Virus record (IMG/VR): IMGVR_UViG_3300032893_000032
Span: 7,715 to 71,714 of that record
DNA: 64,000 bases
Origin: a virus
Direction: 5' to 3' (one strand)
The notes under the pieces are model-generated. The model did not search any database. It was not told the origin of the DNA and saw only the letters and a program-made list of their open reading frames with translations. The position numbers were made by a program, and so were the translations under genes. This document shows positions 26,097-34,755 of the stretch, one piece after another (positions within the stretch are counted from its first letter, which is position 1; the number at the start of each line of letters is the position of its first letter).

Positions 26097-27448
26097 CTAA
26101 CAGGGACAAAGTCGACTTCTGCGTACGCGGAGGAACTATCAACGCTGGTCACACGGCCTACTATAAAGGGAAGCCGTATGTATGTCAGCAAATCCCAGTG
26201 GGGTTCACTAACCCCAACACGGCATTGGTAATTGCTCCTGGCGCTTATGTACACCCGTTCGTCCTTGCCAAAGAGATTGAAATGATAAACAAGGCCACAG
26301 GCGAGGATGTCCGTAAGCGCCTATTTATTGATCACCGCTGTGGGCTTCATTTACCCGTTCATACTGACCGGGCAAAAGTAGCAAACAGGCATCACTCAAT
26401 GGGCGCAGTCGGCAAGGGGTGTTCGGAAGCGGTGGTCGACAAGATCCGGAACCGGGGGAGTGGGAAGACGCAGCTGTTTGAACAGTGGCTTCAGGAATTT
26501 AGACTGACGGATAGGGAGGAGAAGTTCGCCGACTGCATCGGGGCTGGAAGGAGACTGACGGACGTCCTCGGTCCGGTGGCTTTCGCCGACACCACGGCCC
26601 TCCTTAACCGGAGCTGGGATGGCGGGGCAAAGATACTGGTGGAAGGGACGCAGGGGACGCTGCTGGATCTTCACCTCGGTCCCTACCCCTACACTACGCA
26701 CAAGCAGACTCAGTGTGGAAACTGGATAGCGGAATGCGGACTATCCCCTAGCCTGCCCTACGAAGTGGTGCTGGTCGTCCGTTCGTACCCCATCCGCGTG
26801 GCGGGGAACTCCGGACCGATGCCTCGGGAGATCTCCTGGGTGGATCTGGCGCGGAGGATCAACGGAAGGCTGGAGGCCCACGGTCTGCCGCCACGGGTAA
26901 GGGAAAGCAGCTTGCGACAGTTCGAATCCGCCTGTCAACATGTCGCCGGGATGTCCGATCCCCCGAGGAACTGGAAAATCGAAAACTGGCCGCAGGAGAT
27001 AAGGGAGAAGAATCCGGAATTCGTCTCGGAACTTCATAAGGCGGCCCTTGAACAGCTGGAGACGGAGGTGGTGGACGACCTAAGGAACCTATTCGAACTG
27101 ACAACGGTAACGAAGAAGCTCCGGAGAATTGCGGAGCTGGACCGGGATACGCTGAAGCGGAGTGTCCAGATGAACCGCCCGGCGTACATTGTCCTAACGT
27201 TTGCCAACTACCTATTCCCTGAGATGTGGGGGTGGGGGCAAGACGAATTCGATGGATTGGACAGGCGGAATGGGGAGTCGTTCGACAATCTCTTCACCTA
27301 CGCCAGCGAGCTGGAGGCGGACACCGGGACGGAGGTAAGGTGGTGCACGCTGGGGCCGGAGGACAAACACTTCGTCGACGTGCTGGGAAGGACGAATGGT
27401 CAGTACCCCATGCATTTCACCGGGACGGAGAATGAGGTAAACGGGTGA
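26003..27448 (+). CDS. purZ: PurZ-family (adenylosuccinate synthetase-like) 2-amino-deoxyadenylosuccinate synthetase
   Basis: GGFWGSEGKG (Ser for PurA Asp13), NAGHT, EGTQG, YPIRVAGNSGP, TTVTKKLRR and LTFANY. Confidence 0.88.
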   Translation: MERAKGTGNPITVVQGGFWGSEGKGAVTAFLTNRDKVDFCVRGGTINAGHTAYYKGKPYVCQQIPVGFTNPNTALVIAPGAYVHPFVLAKEIEMINKATGEDVRKRLFIDHRCGLHLPVHTDRAKVANRHHSMGAVGKGCSEAVVDKIRNRGSGKTQLFEQWLQEFRLTDREEKFADCIGAGRRLTDVLGPVAFADTTALLNRSWDGGAKILVEGTQGTLLDLHLGPYPYTTHKQTQCGNWIAECGLSPSLPYEVVLVVRSYPIRVAGNSGPMPREISWVDLARRINGRLEAHGLPPRVRESSLRQFESACQHVAGMSDPPRNWKIENWPQEIREKNPEFVSELHKAALEQLETEVVDDLRNLFELTTVTKKLRRIAELDRDTLKRSVQMNRPAYIVLTFANYLFPEMWGWGQDEFDGLDRRNGESFDNLFTYASELEADTGTEVRWCTLGPEDKHFVDVLGRTNGQYPMHFTGTENEVNG

Positions 27449-28191
27449 TCACCGTCGACCCCAGGACGGGTTCCGACAGACTCTTCGCCAGACTCCGGCA
27501 GAAGAAGGGCCTACCGGTGGTATCCGGGACGCTGGAGTTCGGCGACGCCTGCTGGCTTGGTCAGGGGCCGGAGGGGAGACCAGTGACCGTGGGGGTTGAG
27601 TACAAGTGCGTCCCAGACGTATTAAGTTGTATCGCCAACGGGAGGTTCGCCGGTCACCAGCTCCCCGGTCTGCTGGCGACCTACGACTTGCCGATTCTGC
27701 TGGTCGAGGGGGATACGAGGGCTAGTTTGAAGGATGGCAGCCTGCAGATTCGCCACCCAGTGAAGAAGTTCTGGTTCGAACCGAAGTCGGGCGGAAGAGG
27801 GTGGATGTACCGGGACCTAGTCCACTGGCTGGCAACGGTTCAGTTTAAAGCCGGGGTACGGGTGGCGAGGACCGGAGATCTGGAGGAAAGCGCGGAATGG
27901 GTGGCTGCCTCCTATTCGTGGTGGAATTCCAAAACATGGGAAGATCACAAGTCCCATTTACATCTGCATTCATCCCTGGACGATCAGGTCAGCATCCTTA
28001 AGCCCACTCTGTTGAGACAGCTGGCAGCTTGTCTCCCCGGCGTCGGCCTGCTAAAATCGGCGGCGGTAGCCAGACACTTCCGTAGCCCATTCGAAATGCT
28101 GATGGCGGACGAGGGGGAGTGGGAAAAGATCGAGGGAATAGGAAAGGGAACGGCGAGGAAGATATGTCAGGCGATGATGAACGGAAAATAG
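27445..28191 (+). CDS. ERCC4/XPF-like structure-specific nuclease with (HhH)2
   Basis: ITVDPR, LEFGD, VEYK..D..S...GR and LLVEG; LPGVG and IEGIGKGTA HhH motifs. Confidence 0.88.
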   Translation: MITVDPRTGSDRLFARLRQKKGLPVVSGTLEFGDACWLGQGPEGRPVTVGVEYKCVPDVLSCIANGRFAGHQLPGLLATYDLPILLVEGDTRASLKDGSLQIRHPVKKFWFEPKSGGRGWMYRDLVHWLATVQFKAGVRVARTGDLEESAEWVAASYSWWNSKTWEDHKSHLHLHSSLDDQVSILKPTLLRQLAACLPGVGLLKSAAVARHFRSPFEMLMADEGEWEKIEGIGKGTARKICQAMMNGK

Positions 28192-28601
28192 GGGGACCAC
28201 CCAGTGCCGATGGGGCAAGGGGGTGGCAGGCGGTGCTTGATAGGGCCGAAATTGCCTTATATAAGAATCGGGCCAGAAGATCGCGGCTACTAGCCGCCAT
28301 CAAGTTATTCAAGGATAAAATTAGAACCGGGGAGCCTTGGCCAGTTAATTGTGAAGCTGGCCGGTATCCAGACAGCGAGGAAAGGCCAATGATCCAGCTT
28401 CTTGATTCCGATGTCGACCTCCTGGAGGCATTCCTCAGGCGTCTGGTCACCAATGTGGTCATCCGGCAGGAGATCCGCGACACCGCCCTATCCATGCTTC
28501 GGCGGCTGGAGCTGGCCCGGAAGGGGTACCCGGACTACCGGAAGCCGATGGAGGGGAAGGCCGAGGAGAGGGCGGAAGGGATGGAAGGGGAGAAGGGGTA
28601 G
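28164..28601 (+). CDS. Hypothetical protein (start uncertain, possibly 28390)
   Basis: Fills the gap between the ERCC4 nuclease and the polymerase. Confidence 0.4.
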   Translation: MSGDDERKIGGPPSADGARGWQAVLDRAEIALYKNRARRSRLLAAIKLFKDKIRTGEPWPVNCEAGRYPDSEERPMIQLLDSDVDLLEAFLRRLVTNVVIRQEIRDTALSMLRRLELARKGYPDYRKPMEGKAEERAEGMEGEKG

Positions 28602-28605
28602 GGGT

Positions 28606-31449
28606 ATGGTGACGAAGACGCGCAAGAAAGGTAGTCGTCCTGCAACGTCCTTCAACGGACGCGGGCTGCGGACCGTCACCCCGCCCTCTACCCCTCCCGC
28701 AGCCCCCGGAGCCGTCTCCGGTATATCCCGGTTGCTCCACCCCCCCTACCGGCAGGAGGACTGGGTATCGGCGTACGGACCAGAGAAAGCGGCGATTTAT
28801 GTCTTAGGTGAGCGTCCGGGGGAGGACGAATGGCGACGGGGGATTCCCTTTATCGGTCCGTCTGGCCGTGTGCTCTCGGACTGGTTCGAACGGGCCGGAC
28901 TATCGCTCGACTGCGCCCGACGGTGGAACGTGGTAAACGACTACAAGCCGGGGAACCCGGAACCGGCGAAGTGGGAAGTGGAAAGGGACAGGGAGAAAGT
29001 CAAGGAGGACATCGACAGGTCGGGGGCAAGGGTAATTGCGGCGGTGGGGGCGCACGCCATCCGGTGGGTGTTGGGGGAAGGGTACGACTTGGACACGGTG
29101 AACGGGGTGCCGATCTGGTGGACAGAGGGGAGAATCTGTGTCCCGGTTTATCATCCGGCGAACTCCTTCTACCAGATCCATTTGGCGGCGAACGGGCAGG
29201 CTGACGTAAGGACGGTGGCTAGAGTCGTTCGAAGGGAGCAATGGCCGCTCACCGACACCTTCCTCTGTCCGGATTACCAAGAGGCGAAGTGGGGGGAACT
29301 CCACTCCCATATTCTACTTGACGCGGACGTACGCCGGATAGCGATCGATACCGAGGGGAGCCGGAGCGGGCCGTGGTGCCTAACCTACTCCACAGCCGCC
29401 GGAGATGCCCGTCTGGTTAAAGCTGGTAGCCCGGAATTGAAGTGGTTCATAAAGGAGCTGGAGATATTCACCCTGTGCGGTGGGAAGGTTGTTCTCCATA
29501 ACGCGATGTTCGACTTGGGGGTGCTGCGGGCGATGGGGATAGACTTACCATTCGGGTCGGTGATCGATACGATGGTCCGCGCCTACAACCTCTGTCTGGA
29601 GCCGCAGGGGCTGAAGGCTCTCGCCTACCGCCACGCCGGGATGGAGATGTCGAGCTACGAGGAGCTGGTGCACGAGGCCAATCAGGCGCATGCCGTAGAC
29701 TACATCATGCAGGCGGCGTTCGGATGGAACTGGCCGGATTCCGAACCCTACCTCGTGATGGAGAGGAACAAGGAAACGAAGAAGTTCGAACCGAAGGTGA
29801 AGAAGCCGTGGTCCATCCAGAGGTATCTGGACAGGCTGGTGGCGGACAAATGTAAGAATCCGGAGGAAATAGACCTGAGGAAGAGGTGGGAGGGGATTGA
29901 CGTAGAGGTGAGGAGACCGGTGGAAGATGTACTCGGTCCGATGCCCGTGGCGACTCTTGACGACGTTCCCTTTGAGAAGGCCTGCGCCTATGCCAACCGG
30001 GACGCAGATGCGACTCTTCGGATAGACCCGGTGCTCGAGCGAATGCAGGCGGACATGGGGATGCTGACGGTGGACCCCGACCAGCCTAGGGTGTTCGAGA
30101 TCGACATGGGGGCGCTGCCGATGTTCGAACGGATGCAGGCTAACGGGTTCCGGGCGGACAAGGGGCACTTTGTACAGCTGGGGCAGAGGATGGGAAGGGA
30201 GATGGAAAGGCTCCGGGGAGAGATCCACGGGCTGACGGGGGCGGAGATCAATCCGAATTCCCCGGATCAGGTGGCGGAACTGATCTTCGGACAGCTGAAC
30301 CTTCCGGTGGGGAAGCTGACCAAGGGTGGGAAGAGCGGGAAGAAGAAGCCGTCGACGAACGACAAGGTACTGGAGGCGATGAGATTCGTCCACCCGGTGA
30401 TGCCGCTGATCCTGGACTACCGGGAGTGTAGCAAGATTAAGTCCAGCTTCTGCGACCCTTTGTCCCAGCTGCTGGGAAGGGACGGAAGGATAAGGGGGAC
30501 GATAAAGATCACGAGGGTGCCGACTGGCAGACCGTCGATGGTCGACCCCAACCTCCTTGCCCAACCGGTAAGGTCGGAACTGGGGAGGGAGTTAAGGAAG
30601 GGATTCATCGCGGAGGAAGGGTGTGTGCTGGGGGACTGGGACCTGTCGCAGATCGAGATGTGCGTCATGGGGGACCAGTCGATGGACCCGGTGCTGGTAG
30701 ACCTCCTATGTGATCCCAACAAGGACGCGCACTCGGAGACTGCCGCCTTAATCTTCGGATTGCCGCTACACAAGGGGACGAAGAAGGAAAGATACGCAGA
30801 GGTGGACGAGATCCGGCACCGGTATCCGGCGAAACGGGTGGGGTTCGGCGTGATAACGGGGATAACGGGAGTGGGACTGGAAGCGCAGATGGCGCTGGCG
30901 AACGCGACGAAGAACGGACTGCCGCTGGGGCAGGGCGGGGACCCGTGGACCGAGGATGACTGCGATGGGATGATCGAGGAGTGGTTCAAGGTATATCGGG
31001 GAGTAAAACAGTACATGTTGAACTGCCGGGCGGAACTGAGGCAATACGGGTATGTCACCGACCAGTGGGGTCGCGTGAGGTATTTACCGGGGGTCTACTC
31101 AGAAAAGTCGTGGGTGAGGGAAGAGGCGGAGCGGCAGAGCCACAGCCACAAGATCTCGTCCTCGGCCCAGGGGATCATGAAGCTGGCGATGCGGGAGATC
31201 TGGGGATTCATGCTGCAGGAGTGGGGGGACGAGGGGAGAACGCACAAGGTGGGGGACACGGTCTACCCCGGACGGCACGTCGAACCACTGCTATCCATTT
31301 ACGATAGTCTGGTGATGGAACTCGACGATGACCCAGTGTTCAAGGAATATTGGAATTCCGTAATGGTCGGGTGTATGACGCAGACGGTGAAACTGAAAGT
31401 TCCGATCCGCGTAAAGGGAAGCTGGTCGTATAGATGGGGAGGAGACTAG
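28606..31449 (+). CDS. polA: Family A DNA polymerase with N-terminal family-4 UDG-like domain and 3'-5' exonuclease
   Basis: UDG GERPG...PFIGPSG...YHPA; exonuclease IDTE, HNAMFD and YANRDA; polymerase TGR, DLSQIE, R..AK...FG and IYDS. Confidence 0.93.
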   Translation: MVTKTRKKGSRPATSFNGRGLRTVTPPSTPPAAPGAVSGISRLLHPPYRQEDWVSAYGPEKAAIYVLGERPGEDEWRRGIPFIGPSGRVLSDWFERAGLSLDCARRWNVVNDYKPGNPEPAKWEVERDREKVKEDIDRSGARVIAAVGAHAIRWVLGEGYDLDTVNGVPIWWTEGRICVPVYHPANSFYQIHLAANGQADVRTVARVVRREQWPLTDTFLCPDYQEAKWGELHSHILLDADVRRIAIDTEGSRSGPWCLTYSTAAGDARLVKAGSPELKWFIKELEIFTLCGGKVVLHNAMFDLGVLRAMGIDLPFGSVIDTMVRAYNLCLEPQGLKALAYRHAGMEMSSYEELVHEANQAHAVDYIMQAAFGWNWPDSEPYLVMERNKETKKFEPKVKKPWSIQRYLDRLVADKCKNPEEIDLRKRWEGIDVEVRRPVEDVLGPMPVATLDDVPFEKACAYANRDADATLRIDPVLERMQADMGMLTVDPDQPRVFEIDMGALPMFERMQANGFRADKGHFVQLGQRMGREMERLRGEIHGLTGAEINPNSPDQVAELIFGQLNLPVGKLTKGGKSGKKKPSTNDKVLEAMRFVHPVMPLILDYRECSKIKSSFCDPLSQLLGRDGRIRGTIKITRVPTGRPSMVDPNLLAQPVRSELGRELRKGFIAEEGCVLGDWDLSQIEMCVMGDQSMDPVLVDLLCDPNKDAHSETAALIFGLPLHKGTKKERYAEVDEIRHRYPAKRVGFGVITGITGVGLEAQMALANATKNGLPLGQGGDPWTEDDCDGMIEEWFKVYRGVKQYMLNCRAELRQYGYVTDQWGRVRYLPGVYSEKSWVREEAERQSHSHKISSSAQGIMKLAMREIWGFMLQEWGDEGRTHKVGDTVYPGRHVEPLLSIYDSLVMELDDDPVFKEYWNSVMVGCMTQTVKLKVPIRVKGSWSYRWGGD

Positions 31450-31453
31450 GACC

Positions 31454-31750
31454 ATGACAAATCAGACCAAGACCAATCCGTACCTCGTCCCGGCCACCGT
31501 CCGGTGCGCGGGTCCGAACTGTCAGAAGGTGAAGGGGGAGACGAACCACTGGTTCACCGTCGCGCCGAATACCACCACCGACGGACCGTATAGCAGCATA
31601 CTGACTGTCTGGAGGGGGGCACAGGCTGTTTACGAACTAGACTCGTCTTTCCTCCCGGTCTGTGGTGAGGAGTGTCTCCAGAAGGTCATCAGCCACATTC
31701 TACACACGCCCAGGCAGGAAGAGGCGAAACAGGAGGCGAAAGATGTTTAG
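31454..31750 (+). CDS. Zn-finger protein
   Basis: CAGPNC.KVKGETNHW...VCGEEC. Confidence 0.65.
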   Translation: MTNQTKTNPYLVPATVRCAGPNCQKVKGETNHWFTVAPNTTTDGPYSSILTVWRGAQAVYELDSSFLPVCGEECLQKVISHILHTPRQEEAKQEAKDV

Positions 31751-32171
31751 TCCAGGGGACAGAGAAGTTCTCGACCGAGTTCTGATGCTGGCGGAGGCGA
31801 TCTATACCAACACCCGCCCCCGCTTATCCGCAACCCTCAACTACAGACCCAGAAGAATGGGAGAAGGAAAAGGAAAAGGAGAAAGGAAAATGGCGACGAT
31901 CAGAGTGGGACAGACGGCTAGCCCCGTCTACCAAGAGTGGAGTGGGCCGAACGGCACGGGGGACAAGCTCCCGCCCGCAGGCCCGGTGACGTACGCGAGC
32001 GACAACCCGGCGGCGGTGACGGTCGATTCGAATTCCGGGGTGGCTACCGGTGTAGCGGCGGGAACGGCCAACATCACGGCTACGGACGCTGCGGACAGCC
32101 TCACCGCTACGACCCAGATCACGGTGGTGGAGGAGGCTGTTTCGGCAACGCTCGACTACACGCCGAACTAG
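31743..32171 (+). CDS. Ig-like (Big_2) domain protein with an internal in-frame start at 31890
   Basis: VTYASDNPAAVTVDS.SGVATGVAAGTANITAT. Confidence 0.8.
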   Translation: MFSPGDREVLDRVLMLAEAIYTNTRPRLSATLNYRPRRMGEGKGKGERKMATIRVGQTASPVYQEWSGPNGTGDKLPPAGPVTYASDNPAAVTVDSNSGVATGVAAGTANITATDAADSLTATTQITVVEEAVSATLDYTPN

Positions 32172-32227
32172 CCAGATCTAGGGGCGAGAGGCAAGGGAAA
32201 GGTAAATGGCCGACCGCCCCTAGGTAC

Positions 32228-32256
32228 TTGACAGGGAGGCTGGTAAGTGGTAGACT
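32228..32256 (+). promoter_or_regulatory. sigma70-like promoter
   Basis: tacTTGACA-17 bp-(TGG)TAGACT, just after a CTAGGGGCG/CGCCCCTAG hairpin. Confidence 0.75.
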
Positions 32257-32276
32257 GTGGAATGGAGGCGGGAGAT

Positions 32277-32837
32277 ATGGTACAAAAGAAAAAGAAAACG
32301 GCAGTGCGAACCAAGGCGGAACTGGGAAGGAAACTAAATCCGGAGCGGAAGAAGGAACTGGAAAAAGCGGCCAGCCGACCGAAGCCTGCCCCCATGGCGG
32401 AGGAAGTGGAGCAGGAGCTGGAGTTTACCGTCCGCGAGTGCGATCTCGAACAGGTGGACGAGGGCTACCAGCAGATGCTGGAGGAGCTGGCTCTGGACCG
32501 GACGAAGTATAAGGATCTGGCGGAGACGAACGAGAAGCTGCGGAAGGACACCGACGCCCTGCTGCAGGGGATGATGGCGGACATCGGGTACAACCGGATA
32601 AACCTTCCGGGGGATGGTAAACTGGTGGTAAAGGAATGCCGGGGAAGGTCCGGGTCGACAGTCTCCGTGCCGAAGCTGCTGGAGCAGGGAGTGGACCCGG
32701 ACGTAATTAGAAAGGCGACGGTGCCGGGGAAGGCTTACTATTACGTGAAGGTGGAGGAGAGGACGGAGAAGGAGCAGGAGGAGTACGACCGGAGGAGACT
32801 GGCGGAGGCAGCCAGAGCGACAGGCGGTAGGCAATGA
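32277..32837 (+). CDS. Hypothetical coiled-coil phage protein
   Basis: Basic N-terminus, coiled coil and KLLEQGVDPDVIRKAT motif. Confidence 0.6.
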   Translation: MVQKKKKTAVRTKAELGRKLNPERKKELEKAASRPKPAPMAEEVEQELEFTVRECDLEQVDEGYQQMLEELALDRTKYKDLAETNEKLRKDTDALLQGMMADIGYNRINLPGDGKLVVKECRGRSGSTVSVPKLLEQGVDPDVIRKATVPGKAYYYVKVEERTEKEQEEYDRRRLAEAARATGGRQ

Positions 32838-32953
32838 GCCTGATCTGGGCGCAGCAGGACTTCGAACGGCGTCGGCGAGGATGGAGGCTGTGGAGCAGGC
32901 AGCCGTGGAGCTGGGGAATGGTGAAACACCTGTGGAGGCTGATATGGGAATGA
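32834..32953 (+). CDS. Trp/Arg-rich 39-aa peptide
   Basis: ATGA overlaps at both ends; MSLIWAQQDFERRRRGWRLWSRQPWSWGMVKHLWRLIWE. Confidence 0.5.
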   Translation: MSLIWAQQDFERRRRGWRLWSRQPWSWGMVKHLWRLIWE

Positions 32954-33492
32954 CGATTGACCTCCTCGACCTCAGCCACGTACCCCGATGGACGACGCAC
33001 CCCGTGGCCCGTCCGCAGTCCGTCGCCGAACACTCCTACCGCGTAGCCATCCTTGTTAACCGTCTAGCTGGGTTGTTCAACGAACAGCCGGACAGGTTCA
33101 CCACTCTGGACCTAGACATCACCATGCGGGCCGTGTGGTGGGCCTTGTTACACGATGGCCCGGAGGTGAAGACCGGGGACCTGCCGCATCCGGCCAAGCG
33201 CATGATCGGGGCTGGAGAGTGGGAAAGGATGGAGGAGGAAGCCTGCCCCTGGTACCGATGGTTCAAACCGGACCCGAACGGGATTGTCTACCGGATGGTC
33301 CAGCTGGCGGACGTGGTGGAGGCCCTGACCTGGATGTCGAGGTATGGGCAGGGGTGCAGGGACAGGTTCAACGGGGAAGATGTGGTAGGGCAACTGAGAG
33401 CGAGGATTGGGAAGGCGGCGGAAGAGGCGGACAAGGTATTCCCTGGACTAGGGGGAGCGGTGAAAGAACTGGTAAAGGAGACATGTGAATGA
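32950..33492 (+). CDS. datZ: HD-domain dNTP/dNMP phosphohydrolase (DatZ/YfbR-like)
   Basis: RW....QSVAEHSYRV, LLHD.PE..TGDLP.PAK and V.LAD..EA; co-occurs with purZ. Confidence 0.82.
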   Translation: MTIDLLDLSHVPRWTTHPVARPQSVAEHSYRVAILVNRLAGLFNEQPDRFTTLDLDITMRAVWWALLHDGPEVKTGDLPHPAKRMIGAGEWERMEEEACPWYRWFKPDPNGIVYRMVQLADVVEALTWMSRYGQGCRDRFNGEDVVGQLRARIGKAAEEADKVFPGLGGAVKELVKETCE

Positions 33493-33926
33493 AGTTCGAT
33501 CTAGACTTTCCTGACTCCATCTACAACATCGAACCGGAGACGTGGAACCGGTTCGCCGAGGCCCTTCAGGGCATGCTCAACCGGATGGCGATGAGCTACC
33601 ACAAGTACCATTCCTCCCGCCCCCTGTACGATTCCTGCCCGGAAGAGACCAAGATGGTATTCACCCGGCAGAGAATGGCGATGTACGACGGGGGAGGGCC
33701 GGGGGAGAACTTGTGCGACTGCGGGGTGGGTATAGGAGTTCCAATCCGCCGTCATCGATTAAACTGCTTTCTGTCTCGGGTTAAACTTAGTACCGGAAAT
33801 GTGGAAAACTGTCTGGACGCAGCCAACGGTCTGGTATTAGAGATGTTGTTCCCCACCCACCCCAAGGCACACTTCCGGTCACAGTCGAGTGAGGAGTCTC
33901 CGGGGATCACCTATAAGGAGGATTAG
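33489..33926 (+). CDS. Putative all-alpha nucleotide pyrophosphohydrolase-like protein
   Basis: M.NRMAMSYHKY, TGN.E...DAAN...E..P.HPKAHF.S..S.ESPG, a pattern seen in a recurrent phage family. Confidence 0.55.
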   Translation: MKFDLDFPDSIYNIEPETWNRFAEALQGMLNRMAMSYHKYHSSRPLYDSCPEETKMVFTRQRMAMYDGGGPGENLCDCGVGIGVPIRRHRLNCFLSRVKLSTGNVENCLDAANGLVLEMLFPTHPKAHFRSQSSEESPGITYKED

Positions 33927-33931
33927 GAAGT

Positions 33932-34456
33932 ATGGCAAACAGCGATCCGAATAAGTTTGATCTTCAGGGGGCCTTGTCCTCCTTCTTCGCCGTCCGTCCT
34001 CCCCATCCGGACCGGGCGGAACTTGTTCGTACCTTCATCCAGTTCATTTCCACCCCCGAGGGCGTTCGACTGGCGGCGGCGGTGGCGAGCGACAACAAGG
34101 ATACGAAGCTTACCCCTCCGGCGGTCATCCGCCTGGGAATAGTCCATGGGATGGCGGTGGGGGTGCTGCTGGAGCGGAATCGTGACCAGCCGGGGAACGA
34201 ATTCGACACCCGGATGATAGTGAGACTGTACCTCGGGGACGGGGGATTGGGGGGGCTGAGGGACCAGAGGGAGGTGCAGCACGCGCTTCGCCCGCTGGTG
34301 GTGGCGGAGGCGGAAGGGTTCAAAAAGGTGTCGGAGGAGATGGCGGGGGAGTGCGAAAAGAATGGGTTGCCACCGGCGAGGGCGCTGCAGCTGGGGCTGG
34401 TGTACGGCATGGCTGTGGGAGTGATAATGGAAAGGGATAAGGGAAAGGGTAGGTGA
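33932..34456 (+). CDS. Hypothetical protein with an internal duplication
   Basis: PP...LG.V.GMAVGV..ER occurs twice. Confidence 0.65.
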   Translation: MANSDPNKFDLQGALSSFFAVRPPHPDRAELVRTFIQFISTPEGVRLAAAVASDNKDTKLTPPAVIRLGIVHGMAVGVLLERNRDQPGNEFDTRMIVRLYLGDGGLGGLRDQREVQHALRPLVVAEAEGFKKVSEEMAGECEKNGLPPARALQLGLVYGMAVGVIMERDKGKGR

Positions 34457-34659
34457 GGGGAATGGCGAACGAAGCAGCGGCGCACCGGGAGTTTGACGAG
34501 AAGATCGCGCGGAAGTACGAGCTAGAAATGAACGTCTGTGTCGCGGTGGGCAAACGGGCAAAACAGCCGTCCATACTAGCTGTGCGGGCCATCGACGAAG
34601 CGGTACGGACGGCGCTGGAGAAGGCAGCGCAGGTTGCCAATGACGAAACTAGCCACTAG
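34453..34659 (+). CDS. Hypothetical protein
   Basis: Coupled small ORF. Confidence 0.5.
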   Translation: MRGMANEAAAHREFDEKIARKYELEMNVCVAVGKRAKQPSILAVRAIDEAVRTALEKAAQVANDETSH

Positions 34660-34755
34660 GCTGCCAGCAGCGAAGGGCAGAAGGCGGCTTACAACATTTG
34701 GGCGGCAATCCGCTCCATCGTGCTCCGGGCGGAGGATGTGAGGGAGGGATAGGCG

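Noticed and set aside
26003-27448. Ordinary purA auxiliary metabolic gene
   Set aside because: Catalytic Asp replaced by Ser, PIRV and FxN signatures, and mazZ/datZ-like neighbours.
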